A stretch of DNA of 64,000 nt from Ranitomeya imitator (GCF_032444005.1 NC_091286.1:18414001-18478000), one strand, 5' to 3'; counted from the first letter of the stretch, positions 13,385-27,043 are shown. Made by a program: numbers and translations. Notes: generated by a model from the letters alone, not told the origin.

Positions 13385-13550
13385 TAGTGATGAGCGAGTG
13401 TACTCGTTGCTCGGGTTTTCCAGAGCACGCTCGGGTGATCTCTGAGTATTTATGACTGCTCGGGGATTTAGTTTTTGTTGACGCAGCTGAATGATTTACG
13501 GCTGCTAGACAGCCTGAGTACATGTGGGGGTCGCCTGGTTGCTAGGGTGA
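13385..13550. mobile_element. Truncated hAT-type MITE end
   Basis: Starts TAGTGATGAGCGA, similar to the TAGGGTTGAGCGA TIR; no second end found. Confidence 0.5.
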
Positions 13551-13798
13551 ATGAGTGAATCATGATTCCACCTGCAGCTGTTTCGGGCACATGTCAGCTG
13601 ATCAAATCAACTGTCTTTGGACGTTAAGGGGTTAAACTTTTATTTTGCTCCTTTGCGTCTATATTGCTGTGTACGTATAATATACATATAATATGTGGTT
13701 GTTGTTTACTATTAACTTGTAGTTTTCAGTTAATGAGATTCTTGTGCTTCGGGGCTTTACGTGCTGCTCTGCTTACATATTCATCCTTATGGGCTTAT

Positions 13799-14948
13799 GG
13801 CTATGTGCACACGTTGCAGATTTGGGTGCAGAATTTTCTGCACAAAATTTGCATCTCCTGGCAGAAAACGCAGCTGTGTTTTTGATGCGTTTTGATGCAT
13901 TTTTTGCGGGTTTTTTGATGCAGTTTTTGTGCGGTTTTGTATGCGTTTTTGAAAATTAAATAAAGATGTATTATTGCACAAAAAAAAAATTTGTGATGTC
14001 ATTATTGTCCAACCCACACTCCATTACACGCACAGATAGATAGATCTATACATAGAAGGAATGAGATGGATAGATATATCTATTGATAGATGTATAGATT
14101 GCGTAGGGTGCATGTCCACGTTCAGGATTACATCCGGATTAGCTGCGGATTGGATGCTGCGTCCAGATGTTATAGCATAGTGGAGGGGATTTTATGAAAT
14201 CCCATCTCCACTATGCGTGCGAACATGCCTCCGGCGACCCTGCGTTTACGGACATGCGGCGCGTCTTTTTAGAACACAGCATGTCTGTTTACCTTGCAGC
14301 GACGCTCCGTCGCCGCAAGGTAAATCACAGGGCCCTATGTATGGGGTGCAGTGATTACGGATGTGTGCAATGAATACATCCAGAATCACCGCGTGTTCAG
14401 AAGGGGGCGGCGCTTTGGGCAGAGCGAGTTTTCCGCTCCGTCCAAAGCGCCGGGAATCTGGCCCGTGGACACATACCCTATAGATATACTGTATCTATAG
14501 ATAGATTATCCATAGATATATAATAGCAACCAATGTTTATTAATGAATGTTTAATAAAAAACAAAACAAAAAAGCTAAAAAAAATGGCGTGGGCTCCCGT
14601 GCAATTTTCTGCGCCAGAGGGGGAAAGCCGACGGTCAGTAATCGCTGCGATTGGACGCTCCGTACTTGTGCAGCATCCAGATGTTACAGCACAGTGGATG
14701 GGATTTCAAGAAACAGACGCCCGCCGCTCACCTATCGAGACTGACATGTGGCACGTCTCTCCAGACTGCAGCATGTCTACATTGTGGAGATGCTCAGCCT
14801 CTGCAAGATAAATGTCCCAGTACAATGTATAGGATGCTGTGAATCCGCACGGTTCTGTGAACACAGAGGAGTCATCTGCATTCAATAGACGGCAACGGAC
14901 ATGTGCTGCGTCCAAAGCGCAGCCAATTCCTGCCATGTGCACAGACCC
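13799..14948. mobile_element. Harbinger-like MITE with a nested palindromic MITE (~14106-14478)
   Basis: Outer ends GGCTATGTGCACACG / ATGTGCACAGACCC; inner ends GGGTGCATGTCCACG / CGTGGACACATACCC; TA/TAA-like flanks. Confidence 0.6.
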
Positions 14949-15039
14949 TAAGGACAACGCGTGGTTTTAAAACTGAAAACGTGACTGACATTTACTTGAC
15001 TAGAGAAAAAAAACACTACTTCAGACAATGGTAACCAGA

Positions 15040-17575
15040 GATCTCTGGAGCCCGCACGGATAGAGGAGAGCGCCGCACTCCTAGAGCAGGCACTGATAGA
15101 GGAGAGCACCACACTCCTGGAGCCCCCCGCACTGATAGAGAGCGGCGCACTCCCGGAGCCCCCGAGCGCCGCACTCCCGGAGCCCCCCGCACTGATAGAG
15201 GAGAGCGCCGCACTCCCGGAGCCCCCCGCACTGATAGAAGAGAGCGCCGCACTCCCGGAGCCCCCCATACTGATAGAGGAGAGCGCCACACCCCCGGAGC
15301 CCCCCATACTGATAGAGGAGAGCGCCGCACTCCCGGAGCCCCCCATACTGAGAGGAGAGCACCGCACCCCCGGAGCCCCCCATACTGATAAAGGAGAGCA
15401 CCGCACCCCCGGAGCCCCCCATACTGATAGAGGAGAGCACCGCACCCCCCCCATACTGATAGAGGAGAGCACCGCACCCCCCCCATACTGATAGAGGAGA
15501 GCGCCGCACTCCCGGAGCCCCCCGCATTGATGGAGGAGAGCGCCGCACTCCCGGAGCCCCCCATACTGATCGGGGGTGCGGCGCACCCCCGGAGCCCCCC
15601 ATACTGATAGAGGAGAGCGCCGCACTCCCGGAGCCCCCCATACTGATAGAGGAGAGCACCGCACCCCCCATACTGATAAAGGAGAGCACCGCACCCCCGG
15701 AGCCCCCCATACTGATAGAGGAGAGCACCGCACCCCCCCATACTGATAGAGAGCGCCGCACTCCCGGAGCCCCCCATACTGATAGAGGAGAGCGCCACAC
15801 CCCCGGAGCCCCCCATACTGATAGAGGAGAGCGCCGCACTCCCGGAGCCCCCCATACTGAGAGGAGAGCACCGCACCCCCGGAGCCCCCCATACTGATAA
15901 AGGAGAGCACCGCACCCCCGGAGCCCCCCATACTGATAGAGGAGAGCACCGCACCCCCGGAGCCCCCCATACTGATAGAGGAGAGCACCGCACCCCCCCC
16001 CATACTGATAGAGGAGAGCGCCGCACTCCCGGAGCCCCCCGCATTGATGGAGGAGAGCGCCGCACTCCCGGAGCCCCCCATACTGATAGAGGAGAGCGCC
16101 GCACCCCCGGAGACCCCCATACTGATAGAGGAGAGCGCCGCACTCCCGGAGCCCCCCATACTGATAGAGGGGAGCACCGCACCCCCCATACTGATAAAGG
16201 AGAGCACCGCACCCCCGGAGCCCCCCATACTGATAGAGGAGAGCACCGCACCCCCCCATACTGATAGAGAGCGCCGCACTCCCGGAGCCCCCCGCACTGA
16301 TGGAGGAGAGCGCCGCACCCCCGGAGCCCCCCATACTGGAGGAGAGCGCCGCACCCCCGGAGCCCACCATACTGATAGAGGAGAGTGCCGCACCCCCGGA
16401 GCCCACCATACTGATAGAAAGCGCCGCACTCCCGGAGCCCCCCATACTGATAGAGGAGAGCGCCGCACCCCCGGAGCCCCGCACTGATAGAGGAGAGCGC
16501 CGCACTCCCGGAGCCCCCCATACTGATAGAGAGCACCGCACCCCCGGAGCCCCCCATACTGATAGAGAGCGCCGCACTCCCGGAGACCCCGCACTGATAG
16601 AGGAGAGCGCCGCACTCCCGGAGCCCCCCATACTGATAGAGAGCACCGCACCCCCGGAGCCCCCCATACTGATAGAGAGCGCCGCACTCCCGGAGCCCCC
16701 AATACTGATAGAGAGCGCCGCACTCCCGGAGCCCCCGCACTGATAGAGGAGAGCGCCGCACTCCCGGAGACCCCGCACTGATAGAGGAGAGCGCCGCACT
16801 CCCGGAGCCCCCCATACTGATAGAGAGCGCCGCACTCCCGGAGACCCCGCACTGATAGAGGAGAGCGCCGCACTCCCGGAGCCCCCATACTGATGGAGAG
16901 CGCCGCACTCCCGGAGCCCCCCATACTGATAGAGAGCGCCGCACTCCCGGAGACCCCGCACTGATAGAGGAGAGCGCCGCACTCCCGGAGCCCCCCATAC
17001 TGATAGAGAGCGCCGCACTCCCGGAGACCCCGCACTGATAGAGGAGAGCGCCGCACTCCCGGAGCCCCCCATACTGATGGAGAGCGCCGCACTCCCGGAG
17101 CCCCCCATACTGATAGAGAGCGCCGCACTCCCGGAGACCCCGCACTGATAGAGGAGAGCGCCGCACTCCCGGAGCCCCCCATACTGATAGAGAGCGCCGC
17201 ACTCCCGGAGACCCCGCACTGATAGAGGAGAGCGCCGCACTCCCGGAGCCCCCCATACTGATAGAGAGCGCCGCACTCCCGGAGACCCCGCACTGATAGA
17301 GGAGAGCGCCGCACTCCCGGAGCCCCCATACTGATGGAGAGCGCCGCACTCCCGGAGCCCCCCATACTGATAGAGAGCGCCGCACTCCCGGAGACCCCGC
17401 ACTGATAGAGGAGAGCGCCGCACTCCCGGAGCCCCCATACTGATGGAGAGCGCCGCACTCCCGGAGCCCCCGCACTGATAGAGGAGAGCGCCGCACTCCC
17501 GGAGCCCCCGCACTGATAGAGGAGAGCGCCGCACTCCCGGAGCCTTCCGCACTGATAGAGGAGAGCGCCGCACGC
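15040..17575. repeat. GC-rich minisatellite, ~33-39-bp unit, C-rich on the + strand
   Basis: Unit GAGAGCGCCGCACTCCCGGAGCCCCCCATACTGATAGAG repeated about 70 times with length variants. Confidence 0.97.
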
Positions 17576-17771
17576 ACGCGCAGTGTCACACACTATATAT
17601 ATTGTCGCCTCATAGAACTTTCCCGCCCATTCTCAAAATAGAGAAGCAGCTGCTCGGTGACGTCACGACGTTGGCGCCTCCCAAGTGACGTAGATCAGGG
17701 GGCGGAGTCGCAGTTCGGAGCGCTGCTCGCTGGATGGATGAGGAGAAGCTGATGAGGGTCATCGTGCGACG
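17570..17771 (+). promoter_or_regulatory. Candidate CLIP4 CpG promoter and non-coding exon 1
   Basis: About 200 bp of unique CpG-rich sequence: NRF1-like CGCACGCGCA (17573), E2F-like TTTCCCGC (17619), full CRE TGACGTCA (17658), half CRE (17686), GC box GGGGGCGGAG (17698), then a donor-like CG|GTAATG at 17772. Assignment to CLIP4 is an inference. Confidence 0.6.
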
Positions 17772-17779
17772 GTAATGAG

Positions 17780-20705
17780 GGGGGCGACACTGACGGGGGA
17801 GCTGTCACTGATGGGGAGAGACGAGGGTGCTGTCACTGAGGGGGGTGCTGTCACTGAAGGGGGAGAGAGGGGGGTGCTGTCACTGAGGGGGGAGAGAGGG
17901 GGGAGAGAGGGGGGAGCTGTCACTGAAGGGGGAGAGAGGGGGGTGCTGTCACTGAGGGGGAAGACGGTGGGAGCTGTCACTGATGGGGAGAGACGAGGGT
18001 GCTGTCACTGAGGGGGAGAGACGGGGGTGCTGTCACTGAAGGGGGAGAGAGGGGGGGTGCTGTCACTGAGGGTGGAGAGAGGGGGGAGCTGTCACTGAGG
18101 GGGATGCTGTCACTGAAGGGGGAGAGAGGGGGGTGCTGTCACTGAAGGGGGAGAGAGGGGGGTGCTGTCACTGAAGGGGGAGAGAGGGGGGAGCTGTCAC
18201 TGAAGGGGGAGAGGGGGGTGCTGTCACTGAAGGGGGAGAGAGGGGGGGTGCTGTCACTGAGGGGGGAGAGAGGGGGGAGAGAGGGGGGAGCTGTCACTGA
18301 GGGGGATGCTGTCACTGAAGGGGGAGAGAGGGGGGTGCTGTCACTGAAGGGGGAGAGAGGGGGGTGCTGTCACTGAAGGGGGAGAGAGGGGGGTGCTGTC
18401 ACTGAGGGGGGAGAGAGGGGGGAGCTGTCACTGAGGGGGGTGCTGTCACTGAAGGGGGAGAGAGGGGGGTGCTGTCACTGAGGGGGGTGCTGTCACTGAA
18501 GGGGGAGAGAGGGGGGTGCTGTCACTGAGGGGGGAGAGAGGGGGGAGCTGTCACTGAGGGGGGTGCTGTCACTGAGGGGGGAGAGAGGGGGGAGCTGTCA
18601 CTGAGGGGGGTGCTGTCACTGAAGGGGGAGAGAGGGGGGTGCTGTCACTGAAGGGGGAGAGAGGGGGGGTGCTGTCACTGAGGGGGAAGACGGTGGGAGC
18701 TGTCACTGAAGGGGGAGAGAGGGGGGTGCTGTCACTGAAGGGGGAGAGAGGGGGGGTGCTGTCACTGAGGGGGGAGAGGGGGGAGAGAGGGGGGAGCTGT
18801 CACTGAGGGGGATGCTGTCACTGAAGGGGGAGAGAGGGGGGTGCTGTCACTGAAGGGGGAGAGAGGGGGGTGCTGTCACTGAAGGGGGAGAGAGGGGGGG
18901 TGCTGTCACTGAGGGGGGAGAGAGGGGGGAGCTGTCACTGAGGGGGATGCTGTCACTGAAGGGGGAGAGAGGGGGGTGCTGTCACTGAAGGGGGAGAGAG
19001 GGGGGTGCTGTCACTGAAGGGGGAGAGAGGGGGGTGCTGTCACTGAGGGGGGAGAGAGGGGGGAGCTGTCACTGAGGGGGATGCTGTCACTGAAGGGGGA
19101 GAGAGGGGGGTGCTGTCACTGAAGGGGGAGAGAGGGGGGTGCTGTCACTGAAGGGGGAGAGAGGGGGGGTGCTGTCACTGAGGGGGGTGCTGTCACTGAG
19201 GGGGAAGGCGGTGGGAGCTGTCACTGAAGGGGGAGAGAGGGGGGTGCTGTCACTGAAGGGGGAGAGGGGGGGTGCTGTCACTGAGGGGGGAGAGAGGGGG
19301 GAGCTGTCACTGAGGGGGATGCTGTCACTGAAGGGGGAGAGAGGGGGGTGCTGTCACTGAAGGGGGAGAGAGGGGGGTGCTGTCACTGAAGGGGGAGAGA
19401 GGGGGGGTGCTGTCACTGAGGGGGGTGCTGTCACTGAAGGGGGAGAGAGGGGGGTGCTGTCACTGAAGGGGGAGAGAGGGGGTGCTGTCACTGAAGGGGG
19501 AGAGAGGGGGGGTGCTGTCACTGAGGGGGATGCTGTCACTGAAGGGGGAGAGAGGGGGGTGCTGTCACTGAAGGGGGAGAGAGGGGGGTGCTGTCACTGA
19601 AGGGGGAGAGAGGGGGGGGTGCTGTCACTGAAGGGGGAGAGAGGGGGGGTGCTGTCACTGAGGGGGGTGCTGTCACTGAAGGGGGAGAGAGGGGGGAGCT
19701 GTCACTGAGGGGGGGAGCGTGTGTGCTGTCACTGAGGGGGAGAGACGGGGATGCTGTCACTGAAGGGGGAGAGAGGGGGGTGCTGTCACTGAGGGGGGAG
19801 CGTGTGTGCTGTCACTGAGGGGGAGAGACGGGGGTGCTGTCACTGAGGGGGGTGCTGTCACTGAAGGGGGAGAGAGGGGGGTGCTGTCACTGAGGGGGGA
19901 GCGTGTGTGCTGTCACTGAGGGGGAGAGACGGGGGTGCTGTCACTGAGGGGGGTGCTGTCACTGAAGGGGGAGAGAGGGGGGGTGCTATCACTGAAGGGG
20001 GAGAGAGGGGGGGTGCTATCACTGAAGGGGGAGAGAGGGGGGGTGCTATCACTGAAGGGGGAGAGAGGGGGGTGCTGTCACTGAGGGGGGAGCGTGGGTG
20101 CTGTCACTGAGGGGGAGAGACGGGGATGCTGTCACTGAGGGGGGTGCTGTCACTGAAGAGGGAGAGAGGGGGGGTGCTGTCACTGAGGGGGAGAGACAGG
20201 GGTGCTGTCACTGAGGGGGGTGCTGTCACTGAAGGGGGAGAGAGGGGGGTGCTGTCACTGAGGGGGAGAGACGGGGATGCTGTCACTGAGGGGGGTGCTG
20301 TCACTGAAGAGGGAGAGAGGGGGGGTGCTGTCACTGAGGGGGAGAGACAGGGGTGCTGTCACTGAGGGGGGTGCTGTCACTGAGGGGGGAGCGTGGGTGC
20401 TGTCACTGAGGGGGAGAGACGGGGATGCTGTCACTGAGGGGGGTGCTGTCACTGAAGAGGGAGAGAGGGGGGTGCTGTCACTGAGGGGGAGAGACAGGGG
20501 TGCTGTCACTGAGGGGGGTGCTGTCACTGAAGGGGGAGAGAGGGGGGTGCTGTCACTGAGGGGGGTGCTGTCACTGAAGGGGGAGAGACGGTGCTGTCAC
20601 TGAGGGGGGGTGCTGTCACTGAGGGGGAGAGACGGGGGTGCTGTCACTGAGGGGGAGAGACGGGGGTGCTGTCACTGAGGGGGGAGCGTGGGTGCTGTCA
20701 CTGAG
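17780..20705. repeat. G-rich minisatellite (core GCTGTCACTGAGGGGGG with GAGAGAGGGGGG spacers, ~13-30-bp units)
   Basis: More than 100 copies of TGCTGTCACTGA separated by G5-G8 runs. Confidence 0.97.
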
Positions 20706-21874
20706 GGTTGAGCTGCCAGTGATGGTGTGAGGGGCGACACTGATGGTGAGAGCTGCTGTCACTCATGGTAAGGGTTGATTGAGGAGTACACACGTCTGAT
20801 GGTTCGGACTCATTGGTTCACCAGATACCAGATTATCAGACTTTCCTCCCTATGTCTTACTCGTTGGCGTCATTCACAGGACGCAGATAATTCCATTTTT
20901 AGGCTCCGGCTTCCACTGGAGAAATACTCATTGGCTGCAATGCTGATCTGTGAGTGCAGCGTGATAGCGCCTCTTACGGGAATGCTGGGGAATTGCATGT
21001 AAGCAGGAGCCTCTTGTCGTTTGCCAGAGTAGTCATTATATGGGGCTTGTGGTATGGGTATATCGATAGGACCTGCGCACCATTTACTTCTGTGAAGCTT
21101 GAACACGGGGAACCTGATTTCCTCTTTTAACCAAATCACCGAATGCACACGAAAAAAAATTGCTAACCCGCCGATATTTCTGCAGCAAACAGCAGAGGCT
21201 GAGCTCAGATTCTCTGCAGATTTGTAGTCTGATCAGGCGCAGAGCTGTACAGGGATCGGCCCTATTGTTAGTTCACAGGTGTCATCCTCGGCTTCAATCT
21301 GTAATTTTGTAATTTGACCACGATAAGTAACCTGCTACTCTTCCTGCAGCGGCACCAAATTTTCCGTTGCGTGTAACCAGGGCCGAGGAAGCTCCATTCA
21401 CACCGAGTGCGGATTATTGGTGGATTGACTGTCAGCATGAAAGATGCTCCAAAATCAGCGTGTACTCGCACTTGTGTGTCTGTCCACATGGGATGGACAT
21501 GCTGCGGATTCTCACAAAGAAAATTCCACCACGGATTATAGTGCCAGCCAAGTGGATTAAAGTATTAAAATGCTCAATTTGTCACTTTCACATTTTGACT
21601 GTCTCCTTCACCCCCTTTTTTTTTTTAATGTAGAGGGGGTGTTATACCAAAATCTGCATGAGGATTTACAGTGGGGGAAATAATTATTTGATCCCTTGCT
21701 GATTTTGTGAGTTTCCCTACTGGATTTTATTTTTGATATTATATCTCTCAATGTGAAAATTAACCTTCCCTTAATATTATAGACTGTTCATGTCTTTTGT
21801 CAGTGGGCAAACTCACAAAATCAACAAGGGATCAAATACTTATTTCCCCCACTGTATAGAAGAATTTTTATTTA

Positions 21875-22220
21875 GGGTATGTGCACACGTTGTGGATTTT
21901 CTGTGCGGATTCTGCATCTTTGGCAGAAAACACAGGTCAAAATCTGTGCGTTTTTTTGTGTGTTTTTGTTGCAGATTTCATGCGTTTTTACCCCTGACGA
22001 TTTCCATTATGAAATGGGTGCAGAAACGCTGCAGATCCTCACAAAGAAATTACATGCTCCTTTTTTTTTAATCCGCTGCGTTTTCCGTGCGGAATTTTCC
22101 GCACTATTAGCACACCATTTTTTTTTCCATTGATTTACATTGTACTGTAAATCACTTGCGTTTCTGCGCAGAAATACACGCTGCGGATCCGCAGGAAATC
22201 TGCAACGTTTGCACATGGCC
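21875..22220. mobile_element. Harbinger-like MITE
   Basis: TIRs GGGTATGTGCACACGTTG / CAACGTTTGCACATGGCC; TTA/TAA flanks. Confidence 0.7.
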
Positions 22221-24696
22221 TAAATGTAGAGGGCTGTTCTAGGTGTTACACGTGCAGAGTTTGCCGCTGATTTGCACCACTATCTGCCTGAGGATTTGCA
22301 GTGGATTGTTCCATTCAATGTGCGCTTTTTCTAAGGGCGCAGTCAGACGACAGAATAAATCAGAATGCACAGAGTGGTGGACAGGTCTCCCAAACCATAC
22401 CGTTACTCTGTGCACTCTTAGTCCAGTCTCCGTCCAATTTATATAGTCGTCAAAATACACCCTAAGAGCTCGTTCACGTGTCCATTTTTTTTTAAAGAGT
22501 GCTGTACGTGTTTTGCACACATGGCACTCGTAGCTATTGTCGTGAATGAGTTATGTTCACACATCGTTGATCTTTCGCAGACTTGAGTGGTCCTTGAAAA
22601 TTCACGGATACATGTCTGATATTGATTAGAATTGGCAATGCAAGTCAACGGGTCCGTGAAAAAAAAATCAGACAGATCCCAGATGCCATCCATGTGCTAT
22701 TTGGTTTTCACAGACTGCAAGATAGGAAATACTACTCCTTTTTTTTTTTTTTTTTTTTTTTAATTTCTCATCCAAGCAAAACTGATGAATCTCGGACAGT
22801 TGGTAAAGACTGGTGAAACGCTGATGAAAAAAAGTTATGAAACTCGTTCAGACAAGAAAATCACTGAGGTCTGAATGGGACCTAAGGGTTGATTTCTGCG
22901 TTTTTGCCACAATTTTCTGAAATGGCTGCAAAACTTTTCACCCAAAGGACGCAGTAGTGGTTAATACAAATCTTCAGCAATGGTTATGTTACAATCGGAG
23001 TCGTTTGTGCCGGGCGCAGCTTGTGAGTGTGAGGTGTGCATTGTTTGGGCGCGATGCTCTGCAGCCGCAGTGCTCTGCTGGTTGATGCTGTAATAAGCTA
23101 TATCAGGATGGTGATGATTAATCTTCCCGCCCTCCGCTCAGATGATCTCACGACCGCAGGCAGAATCCCATTATCACCCATCTGTTGTTCACTTGCTGCA
23201 CTGCAGTCCGGGGAATCGTTATTAAATTTTAATTCAGAGGCGATCGTGCAATATCTGAGGTCAGGGGGCACCGGGGGCTGCCCTGTACTACAGCTGCAGG
23301 ATACTTGTCAGGTTCATCTCTAGTTCTCGGTAGCTTCACAGTATAGACATTAATGCCCTTCAGGCTGTGCTCAGAAAAGTTACGGATCTGATGGAACGGA
23401 TGCCTTCCCTCCCGGGACCTGATAGTCCGGCGAAATATAAGGCAGGTCTGGCCGAGCATTGGGCTGCTCCAAGTACAATGTGGAGCCAGAGGGGGGATAG
23501 TGATCTTTACAGCCCTGCTATTCTCAGGATTGCTGGCGGTCCGGGAGGTCAGACCTTTACCAGTCATGGTGGTTACATACCCAAATGATATATCCCCTTC
23601 CCCCCTACTGATAAAAATAAAGAAATCTGATAATTAGTGCAGTCATAGGTGCTTTTACTTTGTGGTGGACCATATATTCCTGCACAGTCTGCACGTATGA
23701 TTTTTGCCTTTGTTTGCAGTAACAAAGACATTGTAACAAACAGGAGAAAGATTTGTGATTCCCATGTTGTCTAGACTGGATACAATTGTAACAAACACAG
23801 GAGGTTGGGACTATTTTATTTATTTTTTTACTGACATCACAATAGGTCTTAAGCAGATAATCAAGGTCCTTACATCCCCTTACTCCCATTATATAAGCTC
23901 CCAGTTCGGGACCTGCTTGTCTGCAGAGCTGACACTTCTTTACTGTAACTCTAGATTGGCTTCTGCGTCCTCTGATCAGATTTTGAATTTGCAATTAATG
24001 TAGTGAACACTTTGTGGGTACGGGGGATTGCACTAGATTTACAACATTCCCATTGGCCATGGATTACCCAAAACTTCATAGGGCCTCACAGATATAAGGG
24101 AGAGAGTGCAGGGTATATGTGCCAAGAAGTAATGAGCATAGCACATGTTTTGTTATGGACGCCTTTCTGGTGCCATACTGTGATAGCGTATTGCTGACAT
24201 GGGTAGAGGTCTGACTTCTTTCTGGGACTCCCATTATTACTGAGAAGAACAGGGCTATAGAGCTGATTTTAGCACTTTGTTTCCTGAAGCAAAACTTAGA
24301 AGGGGACATGGCACTAAATCAGATCTGTAACCCCCTTCGTTTTCAGGATCGATGCCTATCCCACAGGTTAGACCCCCTCTCCCTCACAATATTATTGATG
24401 CCATGTATGAGTGACATGTTTTAAGAAGGGAGTGAATATAAGGAGCTCTTCATGGATCAAAAGCTCTGACACAAACTGTCTAAACCCCATAAACATGTTG
24501 TATCACGCTGCGGATGGTTCTAGGAATTCGTGGTGGATCCCGGCCAGGGACATTGGGTGGAGACCCATCGGAGGCGATACATGTAATATATAGTTCACAC
24601 ACAATCACGATAATAATGGCAGATATTATAATTCATGGATCCGGGCTCACAGAAGGGCATGTTGTGTATGGCCACCGCATTAGGACCTGATGGACC

Positions 24697-24697
<1 letters not shown>

Positions 24698-24735
<38 letters not shown>
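24698..24735. repeat. (TTA)n microsatellite
   Basis: About 12 TTA units seen directly. Confidence 0.95.
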
Positions 24736-24736
<1 letters not shown>

Positions 24737-25449
24737 ATCCGGATTGATTCTATGGTGCTGTACATAGGAAAAGGGGTTACATACAAAATATACGTAAAAT
24801 ATAGTGAACAAACTAAGTGACAAATGGACTACATTGTTTTCATATTTTCCCACCTGGAATCTGTTTTCTTTTGCATACTGTAAATATTGTAATATTATTG
24901 TGTATATATTAGTTCCCCTCCCCCTCCAGAGCGACTATGTCATCACGGCCCGGGATGGGGTCGAAGCGCTAAGTTGCTTCTACCGTATATATCTTTGCCT
25001 TGTCCGCCACTTGAACTTTATTTTTGAGCAATTACTAAAAATTAAAAACATTTGCACTTTAACCTTTGAGTGTGCTGTGAAAATTTCTCAAACATGGTGA
25101 TTCGTGGAGTTCGCCACTCCCTTCCGCCAGCACCTCGCGCTGCAGCGGTGTGCACAACAGTCTCTGTTTCAAGCTAAGTGACACATGGGTACAGCGGTTA
25201 CCAGTCAGTGCTGTCAGTCGGCTGCCGTCCATACATTCAACACAGCATCATGATAGGTTGTACCAACGAGTGCCCCTGTGTCACCCGGAAATGGTCAGGA
25301 GCGGGGTTCAGTTTATGGATGTAGGAAATTTAGGAATATTGTGGTTACACTGTTTATCAAAACTGTTCACGTCTTGAATAATAGGGGTGCATGTTGCTGA
25401 TCATGTTAGATCCATTTCATCTTGTTTTTTATCTTTTTATTCTAATAAG

Positions 25450-26730
25450 GGTTCATCGGTCCCTGGCGGGTTCCTAATAACGCAGCGGGGCATGTCTGTC
25501 CCTGTCAGGCCTCTGATAACGCTATGGAGCTCGTTGGTCCCTGGCAGATTTCTGATAACGCAACAGGCTTGTCTGTCCCTGGCGGGCCTCTGATAATGCT
25601 ACGGGGCTAGTTAGACCCTGATAACACTGCATGGCTCATCGGTCCCTGACGGGCCTCTGATAACGCAGCGGGGCTCGTCTGTCCCGGACGGGCCTCTGAT
25701 AACGCAGCGGCGCTCGTCGGTTCTTGACGGGCCTCTGATAACGCAGCGGGGCTCGTCGGTCCCTGACGGGCCTCTGATAACGCAGCGGGGCTCGTCGGTC
25801 CCTGACGGGCCTCTGATAACGCAGCGGGGCTCGTCGGTCCCTGACGGGCCTCTGATAACGCAGCGGGGCTCGTCGGTCCCTGACGGGCCTCTGATAACGC
25901 AGCGGGGCTCGTCGGTCCCTGACGGGCCTCTGATAACGCAGCGGGGCTCGTCGGTCCCTGACGGGCCTCTGATAACGCAGCGGGGCTCGTCGGTCCCTGA
26001 CGGGCCTCTGATAACGCAGCGGGGCTCGTCGGTCCCTGACGGGCCTCTGATAACGCAGCGGGGCTCGTCGGTCCCTGACGGGCCTCTGATAACGCAGCGG
26101 GGCTCGTCGGTCCCTGACGGGCCTCTGATAACGCAGCGGGGCTCGTCGGTCCCTGACGGGCCTCTGATAACGCAGCGGGGCTCGTCGGTCCCTGACGGGC
26201 CTCTGATAACGCAGCGGGGCTCGTCGGTCCCTGACGGGCCTCTGATAACGCAGCGGGGCTCGTCGGTCCCTGACGGGCCTCTGATAACGCAGCGGGGCTC
26301 GTCGGTCCCTGACGGGCCTCTGATAACGCAGCGGGGCTCGTCGGTCCCTGACGGGCCTCTGATAACGCAGCGGGGCTCGTCGGTCCCTGACGGGCCTCTG
26401 ATAACGCAGCGGGGCTCGTCGGTCCCTGACGGGCCTCTGATAACGCAGCGGGGCTCGTCTGTCCCTGACGGGCCTCTGATAACGCAGCGGGGCTCGTCGG
26501 TTCTTGAGGGGCCTCTGATAACGCAGCGGGGCTCGTCGTTCCCTGACTGGCCTCTGATAACGCAGCAGGTCTCGTCGGTCCCTGATGGGCCTCTGATAAC
26601 GCAGCGGGGCTCGTCGGTCCCTGACGGGCCTCTGATAACGCAGCGGGGCTCGTCGGTCCCTGACGGGCCTCTGATAACGCAGCGGGGCTCGTCGGTCCCT
26701 GACGGGCCTCTGATAACGCAGCGGGGCTTG
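25450..26730. repeat. 39-bp CpG-rich minisatellite (~28 near-perfect plus degenerate copies)
   Basis: Unit CAGCGGGGCTCGTCGGTCCCTGACGGGCCTCTGATAACG; 13-aa periodicity in ORF 25611..26795. Confidence 0.97.
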
Positions 26731-27043
26731 TTAGTTCTCATGGTGAGTGCTTGTAATTCTTTGTTTGCAATGTTCCATCCTGAACTTAGGATCATAAAGG
26801 TGAAAAATGTAAGTAGGACGGTGAAAAGGAAGAGTGGGACCCAGGGTCAGGCAGCCTCTGAAATATAATGCATCTGATGACAAGCGGGCGGCACAGCTGC
26901 GGCCGGAGCGGGGTCCGGGAGGGGCTTTGTTGTGAGAGGTTTATTCCTGGCACTTGTTATTGGATTGTCCACTCATTTTGTGGCTTTTCTCTAATGTCCT
27001 CCCTCCTTTCTATTTTCCTAATCGCCAGGTGGTTTTCTAGAAA

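Larger units (their letters stand above)
12310..13631. mobile_element. Non-autonomous TTAA-flanked DNA transposon (piggyBac/Kolobok-type termini) hosting hAT insertions
   Basis: TTAA at 12306-12309 and 13632-13635; imperfect TIRs CCACTTAATGACC / GGACGTTAAGGGG. Confidence 0.7.

Noticed and set aside
14948-17593. Three 830-881-aa minus-strand ORFs
   Set aside because: All three frames are open because the GC-rich repeat lacks stops on that strand; there is no domain content.
20720-24400. Short ORFs and GC patches at 20.8-21.1 kb and 23.0-24.3 kb
   Set aside because: Possibly old TE remnants, but I recognised no motif that supports a call.
25611-26795. 394-aa ORF (RCVIRGPSGTDEP)n
   Set aside because: Translation of the 39-bp array; no evidence of a gene.
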